A stretch of DNA of 18,993 bases from contig JBIIGV010000055.1 in NCBI GenBank assembly GCA_044236265.1, positions 1-18,993 of the forward strand. The letters are read 5' to 3'. A program made the position numbers and the translations under genes. Positions 7,223-16,636 of this stretch are shown here, piece by piece; the stretch's first letter is position 1; each line of letters begins with the position of its first letter. The stretch is from Oligoflexales bacterium. GTDB taxonomy: Bacteria > Bdellovibrionota_B > Oligoflexia > Oligoflexales > RGVZ01. The notes beneath the pieces are model-generated. The model saw nothing but the letters and a program-made list of their open reading frames with translations, did not search any database and was not told the origin of the DNA.

Positions 7223-8663
7223 GATTGTCAAGGAGTCCCTGACTGACCGTGAATACAAATATGGGTTCGAAACCCAGATCGAGATGGAGTTTTTTCCAAA
7301 GGGTCTGAGTGAAGAAATCGTTAACCTCATTGCAGATAAGCGCAATGATCCGCCTTTTGTTAGAGAATTTCGCCTTAAAGCCTATCGCCACTGGCTGACC
7401 CTGAAAGAGCCCACATGGGCTGATGTGTCTTATGCTCCCGTGGATTTTCAGGACATTCGCTACTACTCAGCTCCAAAATCCAAAACAGGTGGTGAGGGAC
7501 CAAAGTCTCTCGATGAGATTGATCCAGAGTTGCTTGAAACATTCAATAAACTAGGGATCCCCCTTTCTGAGCAAAAACGCCTGACGGGCGTTGCTATTGA
7601 TGCCGTATTTGACAGTGTTTCTGTAGGAACGACTCACCAAGAAGAGCTGGCTGCTGCGGGTGTGATCTTTTGCTCCCTGACTGAAGCGATTCAAAACCAC
7701 CCTGAGATCGTCGAGAAATATCTTGGCTCCGTTGTTCCCTACAAAGACAACTATTATGCTGCGCTAAATAGCGCTGTGTTCACTGATGGATCGTTCGTCT
7801 TCATTCCTAAGGGTGTGCGCTGTCCCCTGGACCTGTCGACATACTTTCGTATCAATGCCCGCGAGACGGGACAATTTGAACGCACATTGATTGTGGCTGA
7901 AGAGGGTAGCTACGTCAGCTATCTGGAAGGCTGCACAGCGCCCATGCGTGATGAAAACCAATTGCATGCAGCAGTCGTCGAATTAGTGGCGCTAGAAAAA
8001 GCCGAGATCAAGTACTCGACAGTCCAAAACTGGTACGCGGGAGACAAAGAGGGTAAGGGAGGCATTTACAACTTTGTGACAAAGCGCGGCATCTGCCAAG
8101 GCGCTCATAGCAAGATTAGCTGGACGCAGGTTGAAACTGGTTCGGCGATTACCTGGAAGTATCCAAGCGTTATCTTGAAGGGTGATCATTCAGCCGGAGA
8201 GTTTTACTCGGTCGCTCTGACCAATAATAAAATGCAGGCAGACACTGGTACGAAGATGATTCATATCGGCAAGAACACGTCTTCGCGCATTATCAGTAAA
8301 GGTATTAGCTGTGATGACTCCCGAAACACCTATCGTGGCCAGGTGAAGATTTTCCCATCGGCAGAAAACGCACGTAACTTCAGTCAGTGTGACAGTATGC
8401 TGGTGGGAGATCGCTGTACGGCGAACACGCACCCGTATCTTGAAGTCAAAAATAACACTGCGATTGTCGAGCATGAAGCGACCACGTCAAAAATCTCCGC
8501 AGATCAGATTTTTTACATGAAAAGCCGCGGCATCGATGAGGAGGGGGCTGTCAGCCTTCTTTTACATGGTTTTTGTAAGGATGTTTTTAAGACATTACCC
8601 CTTGAGTTTAGTGTTGAGGCAGTCAAATTACTTGAGATGAAGTTAGAAGGAAGTGTCGGTTAA
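7215..8663 (+). CDS. sufB: Fe-S cluster assembly protein SufB
   Basis: Motifs [68 protein letters not shown] and terminal KLEGSVG. Confidence 0.98.
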   Translation: MAEIVKESLTDREYKYGFETQIEMEFFPKGLSEEIVNLIADKRNDPPFVREFRLKAYRHWLTLKEPTWADVSYAPVDFQDIRYYSAPKSKTGGEGPKSLDEIDPELLETFNKLGIPLSEQKRLTGVAIDAVFDSVSVGTTHQEELAAAGVIFCSLTEAIQNHPEIVEKYLGSVVPYKDNYYAALNSAVFTDGSFVFIPKGVRCPLDLSTYFRINARETGQFERTLIVAEEGSYVSYLEGCTAPMRDENQLHAAVVELVALEKAEIKYSTVQNWYAGDKEGKGGIYNFVTKRGICQGAHSKISWTQVETGSAITWKYPSVILKGDHSAGEFYSVALTNNKMQADTGTKMIHIGKNTSSRIISKGISCDDSRNTYRGQVKIFPSAENARNFSQCDSMLVGDRCTANTHPYLEVKNNTAIVEHEATTSKISADQIFYMKSRGIDEEGAVSLLLHGFCKDVFKTLPLEFSVEAVKLLEMKLEGSVG

Positions 8664-8690
8664 CCAGTTCCGACGAGAGGAAAAGAGCGC

Positions 8691-9461
8691 ATGACTATGT
8701 TGGAAATAAAAAATCTCCATGCAACTGTGGACGGTAAAGAGATTCTCAAGGGTCTTAGCCTTAAGGTCAATGAGGGCGAAGTCCATGCCATTATGGGGCC
8801 CAATGGTTCAGGCAAGAGTACTCTATCAAAAGTTTTGGCTGGGCATCCCGACTACGAAGTCACCTCCGGCGAGGTTAAGTTTGAAGTAAACCTCCGGATG
8901 AAAGACGTCCTCGAGATGAGCCCAGAGGAGCGCGCGCGCAATGGCATCTTTTTGGCCTATCAGTATCCTGTGGAGATTCCGGGTGTTCCAAACAGTGTTT
9001 TCCTGAGAGCAGCGTTCAACGCGGTTTGTAAGCACCAAGGCGCGAAAGAAGTATCCGAAGAGGCGTTTGCTCCCGTGCTTAAAGAAAAGTGCAAGCTTTT
9101 GGGAATGGACGAGAAGTTTATCGACCGCGAAGTCAACGTTGCGTTTTCTGGAGGCGAGAAGAAACGTAACGAAATTTTGCAAATGGCAATCATTCAGCCG
9201 CGGTTGGCTTTCTTGGATGAGACTGATTCTGGTCTTGACGTTGACTCTTTAAGAATAGTTTCTGAGGGGGTCAACAAGCTTCGTCGTAAAGACAACGCCG
9301 TTGTTCTGGTCACGCACTACCAAAGAATATTGAACTATATCGTACCTGATTTCGTGCATGTGCTTTATCAGGGCAAAATCATAAAGAGTGGTGGCAAAGA
9401 GCTGGCTCTTGAGATTGAAGAGAAGGGTTACGACTGGATTTTAAAAGACCTTGTCCACTGA
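8691..9461 (+). CDS. sufC: Fe-S cluster assembly ATPase SufC
   Basis: Walker A GPNGSGKST, QYPVEIPGV, FSGGEKKRNEILQM, LDETDSGLD, VTHYQRIL. Confidence 0.98.
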   Translation: MTMLEIKNLHATVDGKEILKGLSLKVNEGEVHAIMGPNGSGKSTLSKVLAGHPDYEVTSGEVKFEVNLRMKDVLEMSPEERARNGIFLAYQYPVEIPGVPNSVFLRAAFNAVCKHQGAKEVSEEAFAPVLKEKCKLLGMDEKFIDREVNVAFSGGEKKRNEILQMAIIQPRLAFLDETDSGLDVDSLRIVSEGVNKLRRKDNAVVLVTHYQRILNYIVPDFVHVLYQGKIIKSGGKELALEIEEKGYDWILKDLVH

Positions 9462-9475
9462 GAGTGATGGAATAG

Positions 9476-10816
9476 ATGACAACATTTTCAACAGTCCAAT
9501 CTATTGAACAAGCGTGGGATCAGCGCCGGCGATCTCAAACTGACGAACCACGTCAAGTGACTGAGCGTCGCGAACGCTCTGTGCGAAAGATTTTGACTGA
9601 TGGTCTCCCGACCACCCGGCATGAAGAGTGGAAGTACACAAGCCTTAGACCACTGCTGGAAAAGGGCTTTGTTCTGAACGGCTCCGTAAAGTCCAGTGCG
9701 GTTAATCCAGACGTTGATCGTTTGGTGCAATCAAAGAAGCAGGCTGATTCTTTGGTCGTGGTGTTTATTGATGGTTGCCTTGATCTGGCTTTGTCTGACA
9801 AGTCTGCGCTAGCTGCGATAGGTTATAAAACTCTCTCTCAAGCAGAGTCTGAGTATGACTCTGATTGGTGGGACGGTTGGCAATCAGCTCCAGGAATGAC
9901 GGGACTTTTTGCGGCAATGAATGCCGGGTTTGCGCGTAATGGGGCCGTCTTTAAAATCAAGAAAAACCAGATCGTCGACAAGCCCCTTCACATTTTACAC
10001 GTAGCAACTCCTGAGTCTTCATCCGAAGTCTCTGCAACGCGTTTAGTGTTTGCGTTGGAAGACGGGGCAAAGCTGAGGGTTGTTGAAGAGTTTATTGCCA
10101 TAGGGTCGACAACATCTGGGTGGTCCAATGGCCTCACCCAATTTAAACTGGGTGCTCTGGCTGATTGTGGCTACTACCGCATTGTCTCGGCTCCCGACCT
10201 GTTTCACACCGGCTCTGTCAGTGCTGTTCTTGATCGAGGAAGTTGTTTTGAGACATTCTCGCTGTTGGCGGGTGGTCGGCTAGCTCGCGTCAACGTAGAT
10301 GTCAAATACACAGCCCCTGACGCCGAATGCATTATTAATGGCCTATACTTAACAAGACATAACGAGCATGTGGATCATCACACATCGGTTGACCATCAGG
10401 TGGGACACTGTCGAACCCATCAGCTCTATAAGGGTATTTTGAACGATGAGAGTCGAGCTGTTTTCAACGGCAAAATATTTATCCGAAAGGACGCTCAAAA
10501 AACAGAGGCCTATCAGACATCAAAAAATCTGCTACTAAGTAAGGCCGCAGAGGTCGATGCAAAGCCTCAGCTCGAAATTGATGCCGACGACGTCAAAGCA
10601 TCTCACGGTGCGGCTATCGGTTCAGTGGATCCATTGGAGCTATTTTATCTGCAGAGTCGCTGCATCGGACGCGCCGAGGCTATGGCTATGTTGTGCCGCG
10701 GATTTGCCGATGACGTGGTCATGCGTCTCAAAGATGACGGCGCAAAGCGTCTTTTGAACGCCCGTGTTGCCGACTGGTTTGCCCAGGAAGTGCGTCGCGC
10801 TGGAGCGTCATCATGA
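9476..10816 (+). CDS. sufD: Fe-S cluster assembly protein SufD
   Basis: LPTTRHEEWKYT, QLYKGIL, VFNGKI, AQKTEAYQ, KPQLEIDADDVKASHGA, LFYLQSR, and its position in the operon. Confidence 0.96.
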   Translation: MTTFSTVQSIEQAWDQRRRSQTDEPRQVTERRERSVRKILTDGLPTTRHEEWKYTSLRPLLEKGFVLNGSVKSSAVNPDVDRLVQSKKQADSLVVVFIDGCLDLALSDKSALAAIGYKTLSQAESEYDSDWWDGWQSAPGMTGLFAAMNAGFARNGAVFKIKKNQIVDKPLHILHVATPESSSEVSATRLVFALEDGAKLRVVEEFIAIGSTTSGWSNGLTQFKLGALADCGYYRIVSAPDLFHTGSVSAVLDRGSCFETFSLLAGGRLARVNVDVKYTAPDAECIINGLYLTRHNEHVDHHTSVDHQVGHCRTHQLYKGILNDESRAVFNGKIFIRKDAQKTEAYQTSKNLLLSKAAEVDAKPQLEIDADDVKASHGAAIGSVDPLELFYLQSRCIGRAEAMAMLCRGFADDVVMRLKDDGAKRLLNARVADWFAQEVRRAGASS

Positions 10817-12057
10817 CGACGTTTGCGCCGAATGGATCGTTGAATGTTGAAGCACTGCGAAAAGAGTTTCCAGTTCTCAGTCGTGATATCCGGGGTAAGC
10901 GCTTAACTTATCTAGACTCGGCTGCAACGACGTTAAAGCCTTTGCGGGTCATCCGAGCTGTGGAGCATTATTACCGTCAGGGGACAGCCAATATCCATCG
11001 TGCGGTTCACCTGCTTAGTGAAGAGGCCACGGGCCTCTACGAGGGAACACGGTCGACGACCCAGAAGTTTTTAAACGCTAAAGACGAACGGGAAATCGTC
11101 TTTACGACTGGTACTACTGGAAGCATCAATCTTGTCGCTCGTTCTTTTGTAAAGCCACGCCTAAAGGCTGGTGATGAAATTCTTCTAACTTGCTTGGAAC
11201 ACCATGCCAATATCGTGCCGTGGCAAATGATTTGTGAGGAAACGGGCGCGAAGATTGTCGTGTGTCCTGTAAATGATGATGGTGCTGTAAATTTAGAGGC
11301 TTTTAAAAAGCTAATCACGCCGCGGACAAAGTTTATTTCTTGTTTATGGATATCAAACGCACTAGGCGTCGTAACACCGATTCGCGAGATGATTGCCGCG
11401 GCTCGCAGTGCAGACGTTCCTATGTTGGTTGACGCGGCGCAGGCCATCGCTCATGTGCCTATAGATGTGCAAGCTCTTGGTGCAGATTTTCTCGCTTTCT
11501 CTGGCCACAAACTTTTTGGACCTACAGGGGTTGGGGTGTTGTGGGGTAAGTTAGAGCATCTAGATGCGATGCCGCCATTTCTTGGCGGTGGTGATATGAT
11601 CAAAACAGTGAGTTTCGAGAAGACCGTTTATGCCGATGCTCCTGCGAAGTTTGAGGCGGGAACTCCGGATATAGCTGCCGTTATTGGCCTGGGCGAGGCA
11701 ATCAGATTTGTGTCTGAAGATGTCGGTTTTAAGGCGATCAAAGCTCATGAGGACAGCCTCCTTTCCAAGGCGGAAAAAGCCTTAGCCGAGGTCGTCAATC
11801 TTAGAGTTATTGGCACGGCTACGCCAAAGATCCCAATTTTTAGTATCGTTATGGGCAATATTCATCCTCATGATGTCGGTTCGATTTTGGACTCTTACGG
11901 AGTAGCCATTAGAACAGGGCATCATTGTACCCAGCCACTCATGGCTCGTTTTGGTGTGCCCGCAACATCGCGCGCTAGCTTCAGTATTTACAATAATGAG
12001 GTAGACGTGGACTGCCTCGTGAAGGCGCTTTGGAAGACGCAGGAGTTGTTTGCTTGA
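10813..12057 (+). CDS. sufS: SufS-family (group II) cysteine desulfurase
   Basis: YLDSAAT, EHHANIVPWQ, DAAQ, PLP-lysine motif FSGHK, FEAGTP, IHPHD and catalytic RTGHHC. ATGA overlap with sufD. Confidence 0.97.
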   Translation: MTTFAPNGSLNVEALRKEFPVLSRDIRGKRLTYLDSAATTLKPLRVIRAVEHYYRQGTANIHRAVHLLSEEATGLYEGTRSTTQKFLNAKDEREIVFTTGTTGSINLVARSFVKPRLKAGDEILLTCLEHHANIVPWQMICEETGAKIVVCPVNDDGAVNLEAFKKLITPRTKFISCLWISNALGVVTPIREMIAAARSADVPMLVDAAQAIAHVPIDVQALGADFLAFSGHKLFGPTGVGVLWGKLEHLDAMPPFLGGGDMIKTVSFEKTVYADAPAKFEAGTPDIAAVIGLGEAIRFVSEDVGFKAIKAHEDSLLSKAEKALAEVVNLRVIGTATPKIPIFSIVMGNIHPHDVGSILDSYGVAIRTGHHCTQPLMARFGVPATSRASFSIYNNEVDVDCLVKALWKTQELFA

Positions 12058-12506
12058 ATCCCAATGCGTCAGATTTATACCAGTCAGTGGTTTTAGATCA
12101 TAATCGTTCGCCACGGTGTTATGGTTCCGTCACAGGCGCAACTCACAGGGCGGAAGGCTTTAATCCAATCTGCGGAGACCGGATTGTGATCGAAGTATTG
12201 GTGACAGACGATTCTTTGGGTGTGGTCGGGTTTACGGCTCAATCTTGCGCCCTTTGTCGAGCGAGTGCGTCTGTGATGATGGAGCTTATCGCGGAAAAAT
12301 CGATTTCCGATGCAAAAGAGGCCGCGATCTCCTTTGAGGCCCTGCTTAAGGGTGCAAAGGGGGATCTCCTGCAATTGAAGGATAGCTCTGCATTAGCTTT
12401 TAGTTCGATAAAAGACTTTCCGGCGCGCGCAAAGTGTGTGCTGTTGCCATGGCGTACGATGCTGTCCTGTTTATCAGACCAGACGTCGGTATCGACTGAG
12501 TCCTAA
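12054..12506 (+). CDS. sufU: SufU (NifU N-terminal-like) sulfur-transfer protein
   Basis: Probable TTG start at 12054 overlapping the sufS stop, with AGGAG at 12041-12045. Motifs LYQSVVLDH, NPICGD, SCALCRASAS and RAKCVLLPW are present; there is no IscU LPPVK motif. Confidence 0.92.
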   Translation: MNPNASDLYQSVVLDHNRSPRCYGSVTGATHRAEGFNPICGDRIVIEVLVTDDSLGVVGFTAQSCALCRASASVMMELIAEKSISDAKEAAISFEALLKGAKGDLLQLKDSSALAFSSIKDFPARAKCVLLPWRTMLSCLSDQTSVSTES

Positions 12507-12520
12507 GGAGAACATGAATC

Positions 12521-13072
12521 ATGTCTTTGCGCGTTATTACCCAGTCTACACCCAACCCTAATGCCTTGAAGTTCATTACGGCGAAAGACGTTAAGAAAAT
12601 CGGCAAAGTTACCTTTGTGCACCCAGCTGAATGTTTGCATGTACCATTAGCGACGAATATCTTGGGGCTTCCCAATGTCACGGCAGTTCATTTGTTTGAA
12701 AATGTCTTGACGGTCACTCAGGATGGGCACGGCGATTGGCCCGTGTTAGAGTCCGAGATAATCGAGGTCATCAAAACCTTTCTACCCTCTCACGATCCTG
12801 AATTTATTACAGCCGATGCGCCTGTCGATCAGTCTAATTGGTCTGATGATCGCCGGAAGCTTGAAGAGGTGATTGATCGCGAGATTCGTCCGGGTCTTCA
12901 GGCCGACGGAGGGGACTTGGTCGTTCTGGACTTCATCGATAACATTGTCACAGTCAAATACGAAGGTGCCTGTGGTAGCTGTCCGAGCTCGCGCACCGGA
13001 ACTCTAAGTGGTATCGAGAGTATTTTGCGGCATGAGATCAATCCTCACATTCAAATCGTCACGCTTGATTAA
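12521..13072 (+). CDS. NifU/Nfu-family Fe-S carrier (Nfu N-terminal domain plus NifU C-terminal CxxC domain)
   Basis: TPNPNALKF N-terminal motif, IRPGLQADGGD, YEGACGSCPSS, and SD TAAGGAG. Confidence 0.93.
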   Translation: MSLRVITQSTPNPNALKFITAKDVKKIGKVTFVHPAECLHVPLATNILGLPNVTAVHLFENVLTVTQDGHGDWPVLESEIIEVIKTFLPSHDPEFITADAPVDQSNWSDDRRKLEEVIDREIRPGLQADGGDLVVLDFIDNIVTVKYEGACGSCPSSRTGTLSGIESILRHEINPHIQIVTLD

Positions 13073-13114
13073 TCAATTGCGACTACGAATGAAGAGGCGT
13101 CAGTTTGATACAAT

Positions 13115-13642
13115 ATGACTATTTCAATTCGTTCGGCGAATGAAGAAGACGCTGGCCTTCTCTCCAGACTGGGAGGTGGGCTTTTCAGTCAGACTTTTGC
13201 GCACTTGTATGATCCCGTAGATCTAAGTTTTTTTCTCAACACTAGCCATTCTGAACAAAAAATCTGTGATGATATGAGTGACGGCGCCAGCTATGGAATT
13301 GCCTTTTTCCATCAGAAACCGATTGGATATATCAAGTTTGGCAAAAATGGATTGCCGGTCGTGTTAGGCGTTGGCCGACATTTTGAAATCAAACAGCTTT
13401 ACATCGAGCGCGCATATCACCGGCAAAAAATCGGGCAAAGATTGATGGATTTTGCATTTAGTCAGATGGCGCTCAATCCTTCAGATGTAATCTTCGTTGG
13501 AGTCTGGACCGAGAATTTCTTGGCGCAGAAGTTTTATGCACGATTGGGTTTTGATCCCTTTGCCTGCTATTGGTACCCAGTCGGACGTAAAATAGACAGA
13601 GAGCTCATCATGGTGAAGTCATTAAACCTGTCCTTTGTCTGA
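13115..13642 (+). CDS. GNAT family N-acetyltransferase (PaiA-like)
   Basis: SIRSANEEDA, TFAHLY, IGYIK, EIKQLYI...HRQKIGQRLM (acetyl-CoA motif A), VGVWTENFLAQKFYARLGF. Confidence 0.9.
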   Translation: MTISIRSANEEDAGLLSRLGGGLFSQTFAHLYDPVDLSFFLNTSHSEQKICDDMSDGASYGIAFFHQKPIGYIKFGKNGLPVVLGVGRHFEIKQLYIERAYHRQKIGQRLMDFAFSQMALNPSDVIFVGVWTENFLAQKFYARLGFDPFACYWYPVGRKIDRELIMVKSLNLSFV

Positions 13643-13821
13643 TCGCGGATTTTTGATTCACGCCAAAAAACTTAATTTTCTGCTATGCAAATTGATTCAT
13701 TTTCTACTTGTTGTGGCAATGCACGCAAAGCGGATGTCTCTCGTTTGACAAAGAAAGGATAGATCGCTACGAAGCTCCTTAGGGTGTGATGTAAAAGCCC
13801 TTCACATAAGGAGATTTTTGT

Positions 13822-15189
13822 ATGTTCATTTCAGTATTTCGATCAGTGATCGGTTTGGTGACGCTATTTATGTTTGCTGGCTGTGGAACTTCGGTCTCAC
13901 GGCCAAAAAATATTTTTGGTGAGGATAATCGGCAGCGAATCGTTACCAATGAGGTTCCATTTTCATCTTTAGGCAAACTTAGCAATTCATGTTCGGGTGT
14001 GATGATTGGGCAAAAGACTATGCTGACGGCTGCTCATTGTGTGTTTGATGTCGCGACTCAGAAGCCACGAGAAAATTTTAGATATTTTGACCTAGGACTC
14101 ACAAACGCTCAGGCCGTTGCATCGCTGAGGCCTGTTCGAGCGTGGATAGGCTCCTTGAATCCAGAGGGTGATCGAGCGACCGATTGGGCAATTGTGGAAA
14201 TGGAGGGTGATGTCGGCGCCGGAGTGCAGTTTTTGAGTGTCTCTGCGGTGTCGATGGAGAAGACGTTACCTTTTTCTGTGAATCTAGCAGGCTATAACTC
14301 AGACGTTAATGGGGGACTGACGGGGAGTGTGCAGTGGGGGTGTTCTGTTCGTAAGGTGGCTGGCGCAAAGCTTTTTCACGACTGTGATTCAAGTCCCGGA
14401 ATTTCTGGTGGGCCGTTATTTGCGAGCGTCAACGGCCAATGGAAAGTCGTTGGAATTAGTGTCAGTGAGTTTCGAAATGGAGCTGAGCCTCCGGTCCGCC
14501 GGCAAGAGTGGAGTGAGGAGTATTCCAATGTCGCGGTTTCCGCAGAGTCTTTTGCCGGTGTAGCTAATCTGATTCTGACATCCGTGGAAAAAGGTCTTCC
14601 CGTGCCGAATACAGAGCGTGCCATTGTCATTGATTTTAAGAGAAATATGCCCCTTGGAGCTTCGGTGCCCCCCGATGCAAAGCCAGGCTCAACGCCAGCA
14701 CAAGAGCCGCAGTCTCAACCTGCTCAAGTCCCAGAGCCCCTTCAGAAACCAGGTCCAGAGTTTTCACCTAATGATGTTTTTCGCTTTGAACAGATGCGTA
14801 CTTTGGCATTGGTGTGGCCTGATATTTTTGTCATTCAGGGAGCTCATCGAGCCATCCAGGCTGATGCATTGTATCTTCGGACATTGGCCAGTACGTATCG
14901 TGACAGTTACCTCTATGCGGTGACGGACCACTTTGTTAACAAGCTGAGCGACAGTATCATTACATGGAATGAATATGTGCATTGTATGACTAGTGGTTGT
15001 CCGTGCAGCTTTGATTCTGGTCGATTGTACAATTCTTACGTTGTCATGAAGTACGCGGAAATTGATGTGCGATCGGCAATTGCAAACGCCCCGCAGCCAA
15101 CTCGTGACCATTTGCTATCGCGAGCCACAATGATTTTGAATCATTTGCGACAATTTGAGATGGCGGTCTTTTCTCATGCGTCACGGTGA
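13822..15189 (+). CDS. Trypsin-fold serine protease lipoprotein (V8/glutamyl endopeptidase-like) with a Pro/Gln linker and an unknown C-terminal domain
   Basis: SD TAAGGAG, lipobox FAG-C, IFGEDNR, CSGVMIG...LTAAHC (His), DWAIV (Asp), HDCDSSPGISGGPL (Ser). Confidence 0.9.
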   Translation: MFISVFRSVIGLVTLFMFAGCGTSVSRPKNIFGEDNRQRIVTNEVPFSSLGKLSNSCSGVMIGQKTMLTAAHCVFDVATQKPRENFRYFDLGLTNAQAVASLRPVRAWIGSLNPEGDRATDWAIVEMEGDVGAGVQFLSVSAVSMEKTLPFSVNLAGYNSDVNGGLTGSVQWGCSVRKVAGAKLFHDCDSSPGISGGPLFASVNGQWKVVGISVSEFRNGAEPPVRRQEWSEEYSNVAVSAESFAGVANLILTSVEKGLPVPNTERAIVIDFKRNMPLGASVPPDAKPGSTPAQEPQSQPAQVPEPLQKPGPEFSPNDVFRFEQMRTLALVWPDIFVIQGAHRAIQADALYLRTLASTYRDSYLYAVTDHFVNKLSDSIITWNEYVHCMTSGCPCSFDSGRLYNSYVVMKYAEIDVRSAIANAPQPTRDHLLSRATMILNHLRQFEMAVFSHASR

Positions 15190-15296
15190 TCCATCCAGTG
15201 TCGTGCGTATTGTCTTATTTATTTTTGGGGCGTATCTCTCGGTCTTGGAGACCGCTTTCTCCGATTTTTTGATTAGGTAACATGAAAGGAGATAAC

Positions 15297-15821
15297 ATGA
15301 GATTTGCGAGGAGCTTACTTTTATACTTGGGTTTTGTAGGCGTCAGTGTTGGGCTGATATCAGCTCACGGATTTTCATCTGAGGATTCTAATGCCATGGT
15401 CGTTGCGGTTCAGGCATCTAAAGGTGCGATGATTCGTGTGCCAATTGACAATCAGGGGCGCGAGCTTTTGTCGGAGGCGCAGTTGCGAATCGTTGGCGAG
15501 GATCTCAATAAAAACGAAGCGTCCGGGCTTCGGGAGGTTTGGAATAGGGGATTCGATGTGAGTGCTTCGCATGCGCTTGATTCAAGCACCTCTGGAGATT
15601 CATCCACGCGTGGACTGCTTTGGGGCTGGAATGCATGGCGGTGGGCTAACTACGGATGGTACTCGCCCTATTACTACTCGGGATATTGGCCGACCTACTA
15701 CTACAACGGTTACACATATGGCTATGGATCACCGTACTATTATCATTACTATGATCCATACAATTACGGCGCTTACCCAGCGTGGGGTTACCGCTATTAC
15801 TATTATCCATCAGCTTGGTAG
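15297..15821 (+). CDS. Secreted protein with a Tyr/Trp/Gly-rich low-complexity C-terminus
   Basis: ATG 15297 follows SD AAAGGAG (alternative start 15282). Signal-peptide-like MRFARSLLLYLGFVGVSVGLISAHG. A terminator follows the stop. Confidence 0.85.
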   Translation: MRFARSLLLYLGFVGVSVGLISAHGFSSEDSNAMVVAVQASKGAMIRVPIDNQGRELLSEAQLRIVGEDLNKNEASGLREVWNRGFDVSASHALDSSTSGDSSTRGLLWGWNAWRWANYGWYSPYYYSGYWPTYYYNGYTYGYGSPYYYHYYDPYNYGAYPAWGYRYYYYPSAW

Positions 15822-15840
15822 ACAAAGGTTTGCTGGGCCG

Positions 15841-15865
15841 GGGCCGAAGGGTCTCGGCCCTTTTT
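15841..15865 (+). terminator. Rho-independent terminator
   Basis: GGGCCGA-agggtc-TCGGCCC followed by TTTTT, about 20 nt after the stop at 15821. Confidence 0.85.
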
Positions 15866-15878
15866 ATTTGTTTAAAAG

Positions 15879-15894
15879 TAATCAATATTGATTA
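15879..15894. promoter_or_regulatory. Perfect 16-bp palindrome, possible operator
   Basis: TAATCAATATTGATTA is its own reverse complement and lies about 100 nt upstream of ATG 15991. Confidence 0.4.
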
Positions 15895-15990
15895 TTTATC
15901 GATTTTTCCTTGTCGTTCCTTTGAGCTAGAAGCTGTGCGAAGCGAGGCGTTCGTTTGCCATCGTTAAAAGTTTTCATAGGGAGGCACAGC

Positions 15991-16548
15991 ATGTTTGGTT
16001 CTAATGTCAAATACGTTCTAATGCTCCTGGCGTCGATGAGCCAAATGGCCACAGCTGGTGAGCTGTTCAATGTTGGCTTGCGAGTTGACCTGAAGTACGA
16101 GTCGTTTGGTGAGACTTGTAGGCTGCATGCGTTATATCGGCACTATAATCTTTCTGCTGAGATCAACGATAATGTTATAGAGCGGGCACAGCTTGCGAAA
16201 ATTAAGATGTCAGAGTCTCAAAAAGTATTTGCTCTAACCTCTGATGAAATGCTGGCGCTGGATATTCGACATGATCAAGGGTATTCGTGGTTGAAGTCAA
16301 TCGCGATCGGTCCAGATCTTTTGCGAGTAATCATTCGAACCGCAGATGGTTTGTCGAAGTCTGAGTGCAAATTGCCGCACGACGTGATTGTAGAAAATGA
16401 CGATCACATTGTTTTTGATTTTGGAGTTGAGAAGGTTGAGTACCTTTTGCCTCATTTAATAGATTCAAATTCAGTGAAGATTCGCGGCAGGAAGGAAAAT
16501 GGAGATCCCGTTTTAATGACTCTAACCCTGACGCAGGATCGGACTTAA
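15991..16548 (+). CDS. Hypothetical secreted protein
   Basis: ATG 15991 follows SD GGGAGG. Signal-peptide-like MFGSNVKYVLMLLASMSQMATA; no recognisable domain. Confidence 0.75.
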   Translation: MFGSNVKYVLMLLASMSQMATAGELFNVGLRVDLKYESFGETCRLHALYRHYNLSAEINDNVIERAQLAKIKMSESQKVFALTSDEMLALDIRHDQGYSWLKSIAIGPDLLRVIIRTADGLSKSECKLPHDVIVENDDHIVFDFGVEKVEYLLPHLIDSNSVKIRGRKENGDPVLMTLTLTQDRT

Positions 16549-16598
16549 GACCACATCTGGTGTGTTCGACACGCCTTATCGATGAAAGAGTATTTATG

Positions 16599-16636
16599 AA
16601 AAAAAAGGGCCGAGAGATGAGTCTCTCGGCCCTTTT
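16599..16636. terminator. Bidirectional Rho-independent terminator between convergent genes
   Basis: A8-GGGCCGAGAGA-tgag-TCTCTCGGCCC-TTTT: an 11-bp stem with a U-tract on each strand. Confidence 0.92.

Noticed and set aside
12514..12561. Out-of-frame ATG giving a 15-codon ORF overlapping the nfu start
   Set aside because: It is only 3 nt from the SD, and ATG 12521 gives the conserved Nfu N-terminus. There is no evidence of function.
7085..12681. Numerous short antisense or alternate-frame ORFs within the suf operon (similar ones overlap other genes in the window)
   Set aside because: They overlap well-supported genes and show no recognisable motifs.
13745..13773. TTGACA-N17-TACGAA as a sigma-70 promoter for the protease gene
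   Set aside because: The -35 is perfect but the -10 is poor; it is plausible but too weak to list.
15621..15821. Tyr/Trp-rich tail as a RiPP core peptide or a diversity-generating retroelement target
   Set aside because: The window has no radical SAM, P450, YcaO, peptide transporter or reverse transcriptase gene, and no template repeat.
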